A DNA stretch of 64,000 bases from an uncultured Solirubrobacterales bacterium (GTDB lineage: Bacteria; Actinomycetota; Thermoleophilia; Solirubrobacterales; Solirubrobacteraceae): positions 497-64,496 of the forward strand of contig CAIJLJ010000099.1 of assembly GCA_903821395.1 (NCBI GenBank), read 5' to 3'. The notes below the pieces were generated by a model. It made no database searches. It was not told the origin of the DNA and was given only the letters and a program-made list of their open reading frames with translations. The translations under genes and the position numbers were made by a program. Positions 32,772-41,970 of this stretch are shown here, piece after piece. Positions within the stretch are counted from its first letter, which is position 1, and every line of letters starts with the position of its first letter.

Positions 32772-33881
32772 GTGGCTACTGGGCCAAATCTCGAGTCGGC
32801 GCCCCAGCGCCTGAGCGCAGTAACTGAGCAGCTCGCCGAGCTGTCGAGCTTTCTTGACCCCGATTCGCTCACCAGCCAAGTCGCCGAGCTCGAAGCGCGG
32901 ATGGGCGCGGAGGGCTTCTGGGACAACCAGGAAGAGGCCGCTCGTGTCAGCGCAGAGCACGCGCGGGTTTCGCGCCGGCTAGAGCGCTGGCAGGAGCTGG
33001 CGGGCGATGCGGAAGACCTCTCAACAATGCTCGAATTGGTTGATGAGGACGCCTCGCTTGCCGGTGAGTTCGAAGGTCAGCTAGAAGATGTTGAACGCCG
33101 ACTCGCGGCCTTCGAAGAGGAGCGCCTGTTTGCTGGCGATTACGACGCGGGTGACGCGCTCGTGACGGTGAATGCTGGGGCCGGTGGCACCGACGCACAA
33201 GACTGGGCAGAGATGGTGCTGCGGATGATGATGCGCTGGGCCGAAGGTCGTGGCTTTGAGGTTGAGCTACTTGAGGCCAGCGCAGGCGAGGAGGCTGGGA
33301 TCAAATCGGCCACTTTTAAAGCGTCGGGAGAAAACGCGTATGGGCTGTTCTGCGCTGAGCGCGGTGTCCACCGGCTGGTTCGCCTCTCGCCGTTTGACTC
33401 GGCGAGTCGCCGGCAGACTTCGTTCGCAGGAGTCGAAGTGGCGCCGGTGGTCGATGAGATCGAGGGCGTCACGATCGAAGACGACGACCTCCAGATTGAT
33501 ACCTACCGCGCCTCCGGCGCTGGCGGCCAACACGTCAACAAGACCGACTCCGCAGTGCGGATCACACATCGGCCAAGCGGGATCGTCGTTCAGTGTCAGA
33601 ACGAGCGCTCGCAGTCGTCGAATAAGGAGACGGCGATGAAGATGCTGCGGGCAAAGCTGCTCGAACTCGAGGAACGGCTTCGCTCCGATGAGATCGCGGC
33701 TGAGAAGGGCGAGAGCCAAGATGTGAACTTCGGTTCGCAGATCCGCTCCTACGTGCTCCACCCTTACACAATGGTTAAGGATCACCGCACCGATGTTGAG
33801 ATCGGCGATGCTCAGCGTGTGCTCGACGGTGACCTCGATGAATTCGTCCGTGCCGAACTGCTTCGCTCGAGCGGGAGCTAA
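32772..33881 (+). CDS. prfB: Peptide chain release factor 2 (continuous ORF)
   Basis: RLSPFD (SPF), GAGGQHVN, QIRSYV. Confidence 0.96.
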   Translation: MATGPNLESAPQRLSAVTEQLAELSSFLDPDSLTSQVAELEARMGAEGFWDNQEEAARVSAEHARVSRRLERWQELAGDAEDLSTMLELVDEDASLAGEFEGQLEDVERRLAAFEEERLFAGDYDAGDALVTVNAGAGGTDAQDWAEMVLRMMMRWAEGRGFEVELLEASAGEEAGIKSATFKASGENAYGLFCAERGVHRLVRLSPFDSASRRQTSFAGVEVAPVVDEIEGVTIEDDDLQIDTYRASGAGGQHVNKTDSAVRITHRPSGIVVQCQNERSQSSNKETAMKMLRAKLLELEERLRSDEIAAEKGESQDVNFGSQIRSYVLHPYTMVKDHRTDVEIGDAQRVLDGDLDEFVRAELLRSSGS

Positions 33882-35366
33882 GTGAGCGCTGCCGATCATG
33901 ATCAGTCGCGCGCGCCGTATCTAGACGCCATAGTTGGCTACCGCGACCGCGACCCGACGCGTTTCCATGTTCCCGGCCACAAGGGTGGGCTGGGCGCAGA
34001 CCCAGGGCTGCTTGCAGCTTTAGGTGAGGACGCGCTGGGGTTCGATATGGCGCAAGGAATAGACGGGATTGATGACGGCCCAGAGCCGACTCCCTACGCG
34101 CTAGCCGAGAAGCTTGCGGCCGAGGCTTACGGCGCCGAGCAGACCTGGTTTCTCAGTAATGGTGCCTCTCAAGGCAACCACGCGCTCTGCCTCGCGCTCG
34201 CGCCGCTCGGGCGCGAGGTCGTCGCGCAGCGCAACTCTCATGCCTCGATCGTTGACGGTCTCGTTCTCAGCGGCGGCATTCCAATCTTCATCGAACCGGA
34301 GTACGACCCTGACCTGGGGATGGCATTGGGTGTCGAGCCGGCTCACCTAGCAGAAGTCTTAGCCGCTAACCCGCGGGTTCAGGCAGCGTTCATCGTTTCG
34401 CCGACCTATTACGGCTTGACCGCAGACGTCGCTGGGTGCGCCGAGGTGGCCCACGCCGCAGGGGTGGCACTGATCGTCGATCAGGCTTGGGGCGCGCACC
34501 TTGGTTTCCACCCCGACCTCCCGGCCAGCGCGCTCTCAGCCGGCGCCGACGCAGTCCTCACCAGCACGCACAAGCTTGGTGGTTCGATGACTCAGAGCGC
34601 GATGCTCCACCTCGGCAGTTCGGAGCGGGTTGATGGTGCCGCCCTCGGTCGGGCGATTCGACTCTTCCGCTCTACAAGCCAGAGCATGCTGCTGCTTGCC
34701 TCGCTCGACGCTGCCCGACGGCAGCTTGCGACTCGCGGCGAGCAATTGCTTGGCGAGACGCTGGAGCTGCTCGTTGATGTGCGCTCGCGGCTGAATGAGA
34801 TCGAGCTGATCGGCCTCGTCGACGAGAGCTTTGTCGGCCGACCTGGGGTCGGCGGCTTTGACCCGCTGAGGATTGTGATCGACGTCCGCGCCGTTGGGTG
34901 CACGGGGCTTGAGTTCTCTGAGTCGCTCCAGCAGCAGCATGATCTCCACCCTGAGATGGCAACCCACGCGACGGTCGTATTCGTCGTCAGCCTTGCTGAG
35001 ACGCCCGAACGCCTGGATCGGCTCGTTGAAGCCGTCGCAGCGACAGCTGAGCGGCTTCAGCGGCCTCCTGGCGGCAACGAGCAGGTTCATCGGCCGGGCC
35101 CGTCAGAGGGCTGCATAGTTTCGCCGCGCGAAGCCTTCCTTGGCGAAGCGGAAGTGATTGAGCTTGATCACGCTGTCGGGCGGATCTCATGCGAATCGAT
35201 TGCCGGTTACCCGCCAGGTATTCCAGCCTTGCTCCCGGGAGAGCGGATCACTGCCGAGGTGATCGCACACCTGCGCGAAATCGCTGCTGCCGGCTCGCGC
35301 CTACATGGAGCCAGCGACCCGACGTTGACAACAATCGCCGTGCTGCTCGAAGAGCGTCCAGCCTGA
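33882..35366 (+). CDS. PLP-dependent Orn/Lys/Arg decarboxylase
   Basis: FHVPGHK, RNSHAS, PTYYG, DQAWGAH, STHK, YPPGIP. Confidence 0.9.
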   Translation: MSAADHDQSRAPYLDAIVGYRDRDPTRFHVPGHKGGLGADPGLLAALGEDALGFDMAQGIDGIDDGPEPTPYALAEKLAAEAYGAEQTWFLSNGASQGNHALCLALAPLGREVVAQRNSHASIVDGLVLSGGIPIFIEPEYDPDLGMALGVEPAHLAEVLAANPRVQAAFIVSPTYYGLTADVAGCAEVAHAAGVALIVDQAWGAHLGFHPDLPASALSAGADAVLTSTHKLGGSMTQSAMLHLGSSERVDGAALGRAIRLFRSTSQSMLLLASLDAARRQLATRGEQLLGETLELLVDVRSRLNEIELIGLVDESFVGRPGVGGFDPLRIVIDVRAVGCTGLEFSESLQQQHDLHPEMATHATVVFVVSLAETPERLDRLVEAVAATAERLQRPPGGNEQVHRPGPSEGCIVSPREAFLGEAEVIELDHAVGRISCESIAGYPPGIPALLPGERITAEVIAHLREIAAAGSRLHGASDPTLTTIAVLLEERPA

Positions 35367-35383
35367 TTCTCTAGGCTTCCGTT

Positions 35384-36226
35384 ATGGATCAAGCGACTCG
35401 ACGCGAGCTTGACGACCTCGTCGCCCGCGCGCTAGCCGAGGATGTCGGCGATGGCGACCGCACTGCGCTCGCGACGGTTCCGGCAGGGAGCCGCGCCGAG
35501 GCGTTGATAACGCAGAAGGCTCCGGGCGCGATCTTTGGAATCGAGGCCGCCGACGCCGTTTTCGCAGCGCTTGATCCAGCGGTCGAGTTCGAGCCGCTCG
35601 TAGCCGAAGGCGAGTGGCGCGACGGTGGGCCGGTACTGAGCGTTCGCGGCGATGCGGGCGCGCTGATCAGCGGCGAGCGCAGCGCCCTCAACCTGCTTGC
35701 CCACCTAAGCGGTGTTGCGACGGCTGCTGCGCGCTACGTGCGGGCCGTCGAGGGGACAGGAGCCCAGATCCTCGATACCCGCAAAACGACGCCGGGGATG
35801 CGGCTGCTGGAGAAGGCTGCAGTCGTGGCTGGAGGGGGGAAGAACCACCGGATCGGGCTTTGGGATGCCTATCTGATTAAGGAGAACCACATCGAGATGG
35901 CCGGCGGAATTGCCGCCGCGGTCGCTGCTGCGCGGGCCGCAGATGCGAATCTCTCGCTAGAGGTAGAGTGCCGCAACCTCGACGAGGTTGACGAGGCGAT
36001 CGAAGCCGGCGCGAAGCGTTTGCTGCTCGACAACATGACGCCGGCCGAGCTCGCCGAAGCGGTCGCGCACGTCGGCGGGCGCGCCGAGCTGGAGGCAAGT
36101 GGCGGCGTCACTTTAGAGACGGTCGCCGAGGTTGCCGCGAGCGGCGTACAATTCGTCTCAGTGGGCGCGATTACTCATTCAGCCGCCGCGTTGGACCTGT
36201 CTCTCACAGTGGAGCTGGAGCGATGA
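35384..36226 (+). CDS. nadC: Nicotinate-nucleotide pyrophosphorylase (carboxylating)
   Basis: LDTRKTTPG, LIKENH, LLDNM, EASGG, SVGAITHS. Confidence 0.96.
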   Translation: MDQATRRELDDLVARALAEDVGDGDRTALATVPAGSRAEALITQKAPGAIFGIEAADAVFAALDPAVEFEPLVAEGEWRDGGPVLSVRGDAGALISGERSALNLLAHLSGVATAAARYVRAVEGTGAQILDTRKTTPGMRLLEKAAVVAGGGKNHRIGLWDAYLIKENHIEMAGGIAAAVAAARAADANLSLEVECRNLDEVDEAIEAGAKRLLLDNMTPAELAEAVAHVGGRAELEASGGVTLETVAEVAASGVQFVSVGAITHSAAALDLSLTVELER

Positions 36227-37245
36227 GTTTGCAGCCGCTCCCGATGGCCTCTGAGCCAACTCCCGACCCGGCTTTTGTTGAGGAGCTGAAGCAAGAGGTT
36301 CGTGAGCTTGCCAAGGCGCGCGATGCCGTAATCCTGGCCCACAACTACCAAGTCCCGGAGGTTCAGGATGTTGCCGACTACGTCGGTGACTCGCTCGGCC
36401 TTTCACAGCAAGCGGCGCAGGTCGAAAACCCGGTGATCGCGTTCTGCGGCGTCCACTTCATGGCCGAGACGGCGTCAATTCTGGCACCGGAGAAGACGGT
36501 CCTTCTGCCTGATCTCGATGCTGGCTGCTCACTGGCCGATTCGATCACAGCCCCGCAGCTTGAGCAGTGGCAGCAGAAGTTTCCGGCCGCGATCACGGTG
36601 ATGTACGTAAACACGACGGCCGCGATCAAGGCTCTGACCGATTACTGCTGCACCTCATCGAACGCGGTCGCTGTCGTTAATCACATCGTCGCTGAGCACG
36701 GCCCCGATGTTGAGATCTGCTTCGGCCCCGACATGTTCCTCGGCGCCTACGTGCAGAAGATTACAGGCCATCATCCGATGCACATCTGGGACGGCGAGTG
36801 CCATGTTCACGCCGGGATCCGCCCTGACGACATCACTCGCGTTCGCGGTGAGCACCCCGGGGCCGACTTTTTGATCCATCCTGAGTGCGGTTGTGTCACC
36901 TCAGTCATGGAGTACGTTGCGGCCGGTGATGTTGACGCCGACGGCGTGCAGATGCTCTCGACCGGCGGAATGATGGGCTACGCGGCCGCGGCCGAAGCTG
37001 AGGGCTCGACGCGCGACGTAATCGTTGCGACTGAGGTTGGGATGCTTTACCCGCTTCAGCAGGCCGCCCCCGACATCAACTTCATTCCAGCTAACTCCGA
37101 GGCCAGCTGCCGTTACATGAAGATGATCACGCTCGAGAAGCTGCGCGACACGCTTCGAGACGGCACAGGCGAGGTGAAGGTCGAGCCCGCCGTTGCCGAG
37201 CTAGCAAGGCTGCCGATCGAGCGGATGGTTGCGATCAACCCCTAG
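36223..37245 (+). CDS. nadA: Quinolinate synthase
   Basis: LAHNYQ, CGVHFMAE, GCSLA, CHVH, HPEC, CRYMK. Confidence 0.96.
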   Translation: MSLQPLPMASEPTPDPAFVEELKQEVRELAKARDAVILAHNYQVPEVQDVADYVGDSLGLSQQAAQVENPVIAFCGVHFMAETASILAPEKTVLLPDLDAGCSLADSITAPQLEQWQQKFPAAITVMYVNTTAAIKALTDYCCTSSNAVAVVNHIVAEHGPDVEICFGPDMFLGAYVQKITGHHPMHIWDGECHVHAGIRPDDITRVRGEHPGADFLIHPECGCVTSVMEYVAAGDVDADGVQMLSTGGMMGYAAAAEAEGSTRDVIVATEVGMLYPLQQAAPDINFIPANSEASCRYMKMITLEKLRDTLRDGTGEVKVEPAVAELARLPIERMVAINP

Positions 37246-37247
37246 CT

Positions 37248-37287
37248 AAAAGAAGAAGGGCGGCGCAGCCAGTTGGCCACGCCGCCC
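37248..37287 (-). terminator. Rho-independent terminator of the minus-strand secreted-protein gene
   Basis: GGGCGGCG/CGCCGCCC stem followed on the minus strand by UUCUUCUUUU. Confidence 0.7.
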
Positions 37288-37347
37288 CCACTTCGTATGC
37301 GATCTCGCGCGGAGGAGGGGAATCGCGCTAGTCGCCCCTGTGACTGT

Positions 37348-38115
37348 CTAGTTGCGGCGTGCGGTGGCTGGCGTTGGCGTTGGTGTCGGTGCAGGTGCAG
37401 CGACAACGATCTCCAGCCTGGACCACTCGTTGCCAGTGACTGTCAGTCGCAGCCCAGCGCGGTGAACTACCGCCCCGGCCACCAGAGCTGACGTGTCGCA
37501 GGCGACCTCGTCATATCCACCGTCGTAGCTTGGGCTAGCCGGCTCGTTGTCCTCACCTGAGTTAACCGGCGGAGCCTGACCGTTAGATGCGCCTGGGGCA
37601 GGGTTGGAACCGGGGCCGTCACCATATGGGCGGTGGCCACGGTCCGACCGCGTAGCTACCGGCGGGGTGGTTGGCGTGGTAGCTGGCGCGGTTACGCAGT
37701 CAACGTGGGTGCGGCTGGTAACCGTTGCTGAGATCGGATCGCCCTTGGCGTTTGTGATCTTCAGCAGGCCACTGGTGGCGTCAAAGGAGGTAACCGTCCC
37801 GACGTTTTCGGTGCCGTCTGGAATGCCGTTGTTGTTGGTGTCGGCCTTCCGCGGGTTTGTTCCCGCCGCGTACTCAGCGCTGTTTACGGCGCCGTCTTTG
37901 TCCGGGTCAAGGCGCGCCTGATTGACCTTCAGCGAGAGCTTGTACTTCTTCTCCCACGAATCAGGTAGGCCATCGTGGTTGCGGTCAGCCGCCTTAGCAG
38001 GGGTCTGCTTCGCTTTGGCCGAGGATGGACTCTTCTTGGCGCTAGCTGCCGCCGGCAGCGCCAGCAGTAGCAGGGCGCATAGGGCGGGCGGGATCGTACG
38101 GATAGTGCGTGGCAT
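37348..38115 (-). CDS. Secreted protein with Dx[DN]xDG (TSP3-like) loops and a C-terminal beta domain (start moved to ATG 38115)
   Basis: Signal peptide ...LLLALPAAASA; DRNHDG, DPDKDG, DTNNNG; AAGGAG Shine-Dalgarno. Confidence 0.8.
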   Translation of the reverse strand: MPRTIRTIPPALCALLLLALPAAASAKKSPSSAKAKQTPAKAADRNHDGLPDSWEKKYKLSLKVNQARLDPDKDGAVNSAEYAAGTNPRKADTNNNGIPDGTENVGTVTSFDATSGLLKITNAKGDPISATVTSRTHVDCVTAPATTPTTPPVATRSDRGHRPYGDGPGSNPAPGASNGQAPPVNSGEDNEPASPSYDGGYDEVACDTSALVAGAVVHRAGLRLTVTGNEWSRLEIVVAAPAPTPTPTPATARRN

Positions 38116-38152
38116 CGAACTGGACTCCTTGCTGTTTGGGGGTCTAGTACTT

Positions 38153-38180
38153 AGACCGTGAGGCTGCGCCAATGTGACGC
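38153..38180 (-). promoter_or_regulatory. Putative ECF promoter GCGTCACA-N16-GTCT (copy 1)
   Basis: Same two elements and same spacing as the copy upstream of the ECF gene. Confidence 0.7.
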
Positions 38181-38198
38181 GAAGTTGCAAGAAGCGCC

Positions 38199-39638
38199 TC
38201 AGTCGCCGCGACCAGTCTTGCCGTTACCGGAGCCTTGGTCCGAGCCGCCGCTGTATCCGCGCCCGCCCGACCCGTCGTTGCTTGAGCCGCCGCTGCTGCT
38301 CTGCCCGCCGCCGCCGCTCTTGCCGCCCCCGCCTTCGCTTGAGCCACCGCCGCTCTTGCCACCGCCTTTGCCGCCGCCACCGTCGCCTTTACCGCTGCCA
38401 CCCGGGTTGTTAGGGGTCGAGGGAGTGCTCGGGGTGCTCGGAGTGGTGGGCACGCTTGGGGCGTCGCTCTGGCTAGGCGAGTCTGGGAGGCCAAGAGTTC
38501 CATCCGAACCGGGGTTGTTACGCGGTCCGCCGTCACCGCGACCACCCCTGCTGCCGCGTCCTCCGCTGCCACCGCGACCTGCGCTGGGCGTCGTTGGGAG
38601 CGGAGTGAAGATCGGGCTCGGCGCTTGGTCGCCCGGCTGCCCGGAACCTTGTTGCGAACCGTCTTGATTGCCGAGCGGTTGACCTACCAGAGCCAATGCG
38701 CCTGGAGCAGTGCCGAAGCCGTCGGGCGCCCCTGAGCTGCCGTTGGGTCCTCGATGAGGATTGACTAGCGGTCCGCCGCCGGCTGAGCCACCAGGGATCA
38801 GGGCCGCTCCAGGGCCGCTGACCCCAACACCGCTGGCGCCAGCGCTAGCGGCGCCGATGATTGCGACTGCTGGAGCGGATTCGCTGCCTTGTTCGATCAC
38901 GTGGCCGACCTTTGGCGCCGCCGTGGCGACAGCGGCAACCGAGACGACTATCGCTCCGGCCTTCATTGCGCTAGCGGCCAGCGCGTTACCGCCGCCATCG
39001 CTGAGTACCTCTGCGATCCGATGGCTCACATCTGGCGCGGGGCCACGGTGGCCGTCCGCCAACCAGAGCGCGAGTGGGAGTGGGGTTAGAGCCGTCGCTG
39101 CGGTACGCAGTTGCACTCGCGCGCGGCGAACGAGCTGCCTTACGCCAGCGTCGCTGACGCCGAGGTCGGCTGCAACATCAGCATGGGCGCGGCCGTCCAC
39201 TGCGACGGCGAGCAGGGCCGCGCGCTGGCGCTCCGGCAATTCAGCAATCACGTTGAGTGCGCTGCGGACCTCTTCGTTCTGTTCAAGGATCGCGTGTGGG
39301 CTAAGCGCCCCGTCGGTCGCCTCGATCAGTTCAAGTTCTCCGGATTCGGATCGATTCATTGCGTTCAGGGCTCCATTGTGGACGATGCGGTAGAGCCAAG
39401 GTCGAAGATCACGGACCTCGGTTCCAGTAGTAAGCGCCGACCAGGCGCTTAAGAACGCCGCTTGGACAACCTCTTCAGACCGTGCCTGCCCTAGAAAACG
39501 CTCGGCGTAGCGCGTAAGCGCCTTGCTGTAGCGCTCAACAATCGCTTCGAACGCGCGCTCGTGGCCCGAGGCGGCGAGCGACGACAGTCGTTCGTCCGAC
39601 TGTGTGCCAAGCAGGGATACGGAAATATTGGGTGTCAC
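38199..39638 (-). CDS. ECF sigma factor with a long C-terminal extension (hydrophobic segment plus Gly/Pro/Ser-rich tail)
   Basis: AFEAIVERY, EEVVQAAF, WLYRIVHN (region 2); LPERQRAAL...DVAADLG...VRQLVRRAR (region 4). Confidence 0.9.
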   Translation of the reverse strand: MTPNISVSLLGTQSDERLSSLAASGHERAFEAIVERYSKALTRYAERFLGQARSEEVVQAAFLSAWSALTTGTEVRDLRPWLYRIVHNGALNAMNRSESGELELIEATDGALSPHAILEQNEEVRSALNVIAELPERQRAALLAVAVDGRAHADVAADLGVSDAGVRQLVRRARVQLRTAATALTPLPLALWLADGHRGPAPDVSHRIAEVLSDGGGNALAASAMKAGAIVVSVAAVATAAPKVGHVIEQGSESAPAVAIIGAASAGASGVGVSGPGAALIPGGSAGGGPLVNPHRGPNGSSGAPDGFGTAPGALALVGQPLGNQDGSQQGSGQPGDQAPSPIFTPLPTTPSAGRGGSGGRGSRGGRGDGGPRNNPGSDGTLGLPDSPSQSDAPSVPTTPSTPSTPSTPNNPGGSGKGDGGGGKGGGKSGGGSSEGGGGKSGGGGQSSSGGSSNDGSGGRGYSGGSDQGSGNGKTGRGD

Positions 39639-39655
39639 GGGAGCTCCTGAACCTC

Positions 39656-39683
39656 AGACAACCGTACTCCCAATTTGTGACGC
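39656..39683 (-). promoter_or_regulatory. Putative ECF autoregulatory promoter GCGTCACA-N16-GTCT (copy 2)
   Basis: + strand reads agac-aaccgtactcccaatt-tgtgacgc, 17 nt upstream of the ECF start. Confidence 0.7.
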
Positions 39684-39708
39684 ATGCGCCCGTTAACCAG
39701 ATAAATAC

Positions 39709-40962
39709 CTATGAAAACTGGCTTATATCGTGCGGCCCAACGCATGCGATTGAGAGTTTCTCTGGGTCAACTCGCCTTGCGGCCTCGGCTACCTGCTCGT
39801 AGGTGACAGCGTCGATAGCGGCGATTGCATCATCGGGATCGAAACTCTCGCGATGGACGATCGCGCGGCTAGCCGCGTAACCGGCGACCGAGTTGGTGCT
39901 CTCGAACGACAATACGCGGCGGCCGGCAACGTACGCACGTGCGCGCTCCACCTCTTCCTCTGTCGGTCCGTCAGTGGCCAGCTCGCCAACGATCTCCTTC
40001 ATCCGCGTGAACGCTTCGACCGTTTTCGCTGATTCCAATCCTGCGCCGAGGACGAGCGCGCTGTAGTCGCTGGCGACGTGAGCCATCGCGAAGACTGAGT
40101 AGGCCAAGCCGCGTTGCTCGCGAATTTCATCGAAGAGGCGTGATCCCATTGAGCCGCCGAGCAAGGTCGAGTAGATGCCAAAAGCAACGCGCTGTTCGGA
40201 ATTGCTGGGGTCAAGGTCGGGCTGATACAGCATGCGAAGGTGCGACTGGTTGCTGTCGCGCTCTTCGACCAGCGTCACCGGTTCAAAGGGCACCGGCGCT
40301 TCTGGAGCCGGGCTCTCCGGCAGTGAGGGGAAACGCGCGAAGTATTCCTCAACTGCGCCGTTAGCTGGCAGATGTTCGAGGTTGCCAACAATGAACGCGC
40401 CGCCCAGATTCCCAGCCCAGCGCCGCTCACGGAAGGCGATGATCGCTTCACGCGAGAAGCTTTCAATGTGCTCCTCGGGTCCGAGAACAGTGCGTCCGAG
40501 AGGGTGGTCGCCGAAGCCGGCACGCTCAATCAAGTCGCCAGCAACTGACGCCGGCTCATCCTTATAGCGCTGAATCTCTTGAATCACGACGCCGCGTTCT
40601 TTGTCTAGCTCTTCGCCATCAAGCTTCGGTCTACCGACGAAATCGGTCAGCAGATCAATCGCTGGGATCGCAGATTCGGCGCGAACGGTGATGTGGAAGG
40701 CGACAAGGTCATGGCTGGTGTACGCGTTGAGCGATCCGCCCATCCTCTCGGCCGTCTCGTTGACCTTGCGGTAGTCGTCGTAGATCTCGCCGCCTTTGAA
40801 GACGAGATGCTCGAGAAAATGCGCCATTCCGTTCTCATCGGCGCGTTCCGTGCGGGCACCCGCATCGAACGCGACGAGGATCGTGGTCGCACGGGTCCCC
40901 GGAATCGCGATGCGATGAACTGGTAGTCCGTTAGGGGCGGTAGCGGTAGATATCTGGGCCAT
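39709..40962 (-). CDS. M16 (pitrilysin) family zinc peptidase
   Basis: HFLEH (HxxEH), NAYTS, SRLFDEIREQRGLAY. Confidence 0.93.
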   Translation of the reverse strand: MAQISTATAPNGLPVHRIAIPGTRATTILVAFDAGARTERADENGMAHFLEHLVFKGGEIYDDYRKVNETAERMGGSLNAYTSHDLVAFHITVRAESAIPAIDLLTDFVGRPKLDGEELDKERGVVIQEIQRYKDEPASVAGDLIERAGFGDHPLGRTVLGPEEHIESFSREAIIAFRERRWAGNLGGAFIVGNLEHLPANGAVEEYFARFPSLPESPAPEAPVPFEPVTLVEERDSNQSHLRMLYQPDLDPSNSEQRVAFGIYSTLLGGSMGSRLFDEIREQRGLAYSVFAMAHVASDYSALVLGAGLESAKTVEAFTRMKEIVGELATDGPTEEEVERARAYVAGRRVLSFESTNSVAGYAASRAIVHRESFDPDDAIAAIDAVTYEQVAEAARRVDPEKLSIACVGPHDISQFS

Positions 40963-41076
40963 TTGTTGAAGATAGCGGCGCTGGGCAGGGGGTAGGAGCT
41001 CTATTTCGCTGCAAGCGCTCCTGCATCTTGGACTCGTGGGAAGGAATAGGTGGGGTCGGCGGCTAATGGGTGGGCA

Positions 41077-41970
41077 ATGGCCGCAACAGAGAAAGAGCTA
41101 CGACTGCGTGACTCGCAGGTCGCACAGCGCAAGGATGCCGCTGCCGCATCCGGCCGCCCTGGCGACCCCGCCAACGCAATCGAGTGCCGCGGCGTAACGA
41201 AGCGCTACGACGTAAGTAAGGCCGGGCTCAGTGGGACGACCTTCTCGATCCGCCGCGGTGAATTCGTCTTCCTCGTAGGCCCGACCGGCTCAGGCAAGTC
41301 GACCTTGATGCGCCTACTAATCAAAGAGATCGAGCCCGACGAAGGGCGCATCCTTGTCGCCGGCCGCGATCTCGCCGAGCTCACACACAAGCAGCTGCCC
41401 TTCTACCGCCGCAACCTCGGCGTCGTATTTCAGGACTTCAAGCTGCTGCCCGACCGCACCGTCTACGAAAACGTCGCTTACGCCCTTCAGGTAACAGGTA
41501 GCTCGCGCGCGGACATCCGCGAGAAGGTGCCGGACATTCTGCGCCTGACCGGGCTTGCAACGAAGCTCCACAACTATCCGGATCAGCTCTCAGGTGGCGA
41601 GCAGCAGCGCGTCAGTATTGCCCGCGCCTTCGTCAATGCGCCGCCGCTCTTGCTGGCCGACGAGCCAACCGGCAACCTAGATCCTGAAACGTCGATCGGC
41701 ATCATGCAGCTGCTCTACCGGATCAACCGCACCGGGACGACCGTTCTTGTAGCTACACATGACTCGGCAATGGTTGACCGGATGCGCCGCCGCGTGTTGG
41801 AGTTGGCGGAAGGCGTGATCGTCCGTGACGAGCTCGACGGTCAGTACGCGCCAACCGACATGTCAACTGCCGAGTTCGGCGCACTCCTGCGCGAACCTTC
41901 GCCTGAACCACAGCGCGTGCCGAAGAAGCGCGAGCCGGGCGATGACTTCGACGAGGCCTTTAGAGACTGA
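41077..41970 (+). CDS. ftsE: Cell division ABC ATPase FtsE
   Basis: [36 protein letters not shown]; followed by ftsX. Confidence 0.94.
   Translation: MAATEKELRLRDSQVAQRKDAAAASGRPGDPANAIECRGVTKRYDVSKAGLSGTTFSIRRGEFVFLVGPTGSGKSTLMRLLIKEIEPDEGRILVAGRDLAELTHKQLPFYRRNLGVVFQDFKLLPDRTVYENVAYALQVTGSSRADIREKVPDILRLTGLATKLHNYPDQLSGGEQQRVSIARAFVNAPPLLLADEPTGNLDPETSIGIMQLLYRINRTGTTVLVATHDSAMVDRMRRRVLELAEGVIVRDELDGQYAPTDMSTAEFGALLREPSPEPQRVPKKREPGDDFDEAFRD

Noticed and set aside
38158..38667. Pro/Leu-rich plus-strand ORF and GCC-rich repeats
   Set aside because: Antisense shadow of the Gly-rich ECF tail; not an independent gene, CRISPR array or tandem-repeat element.
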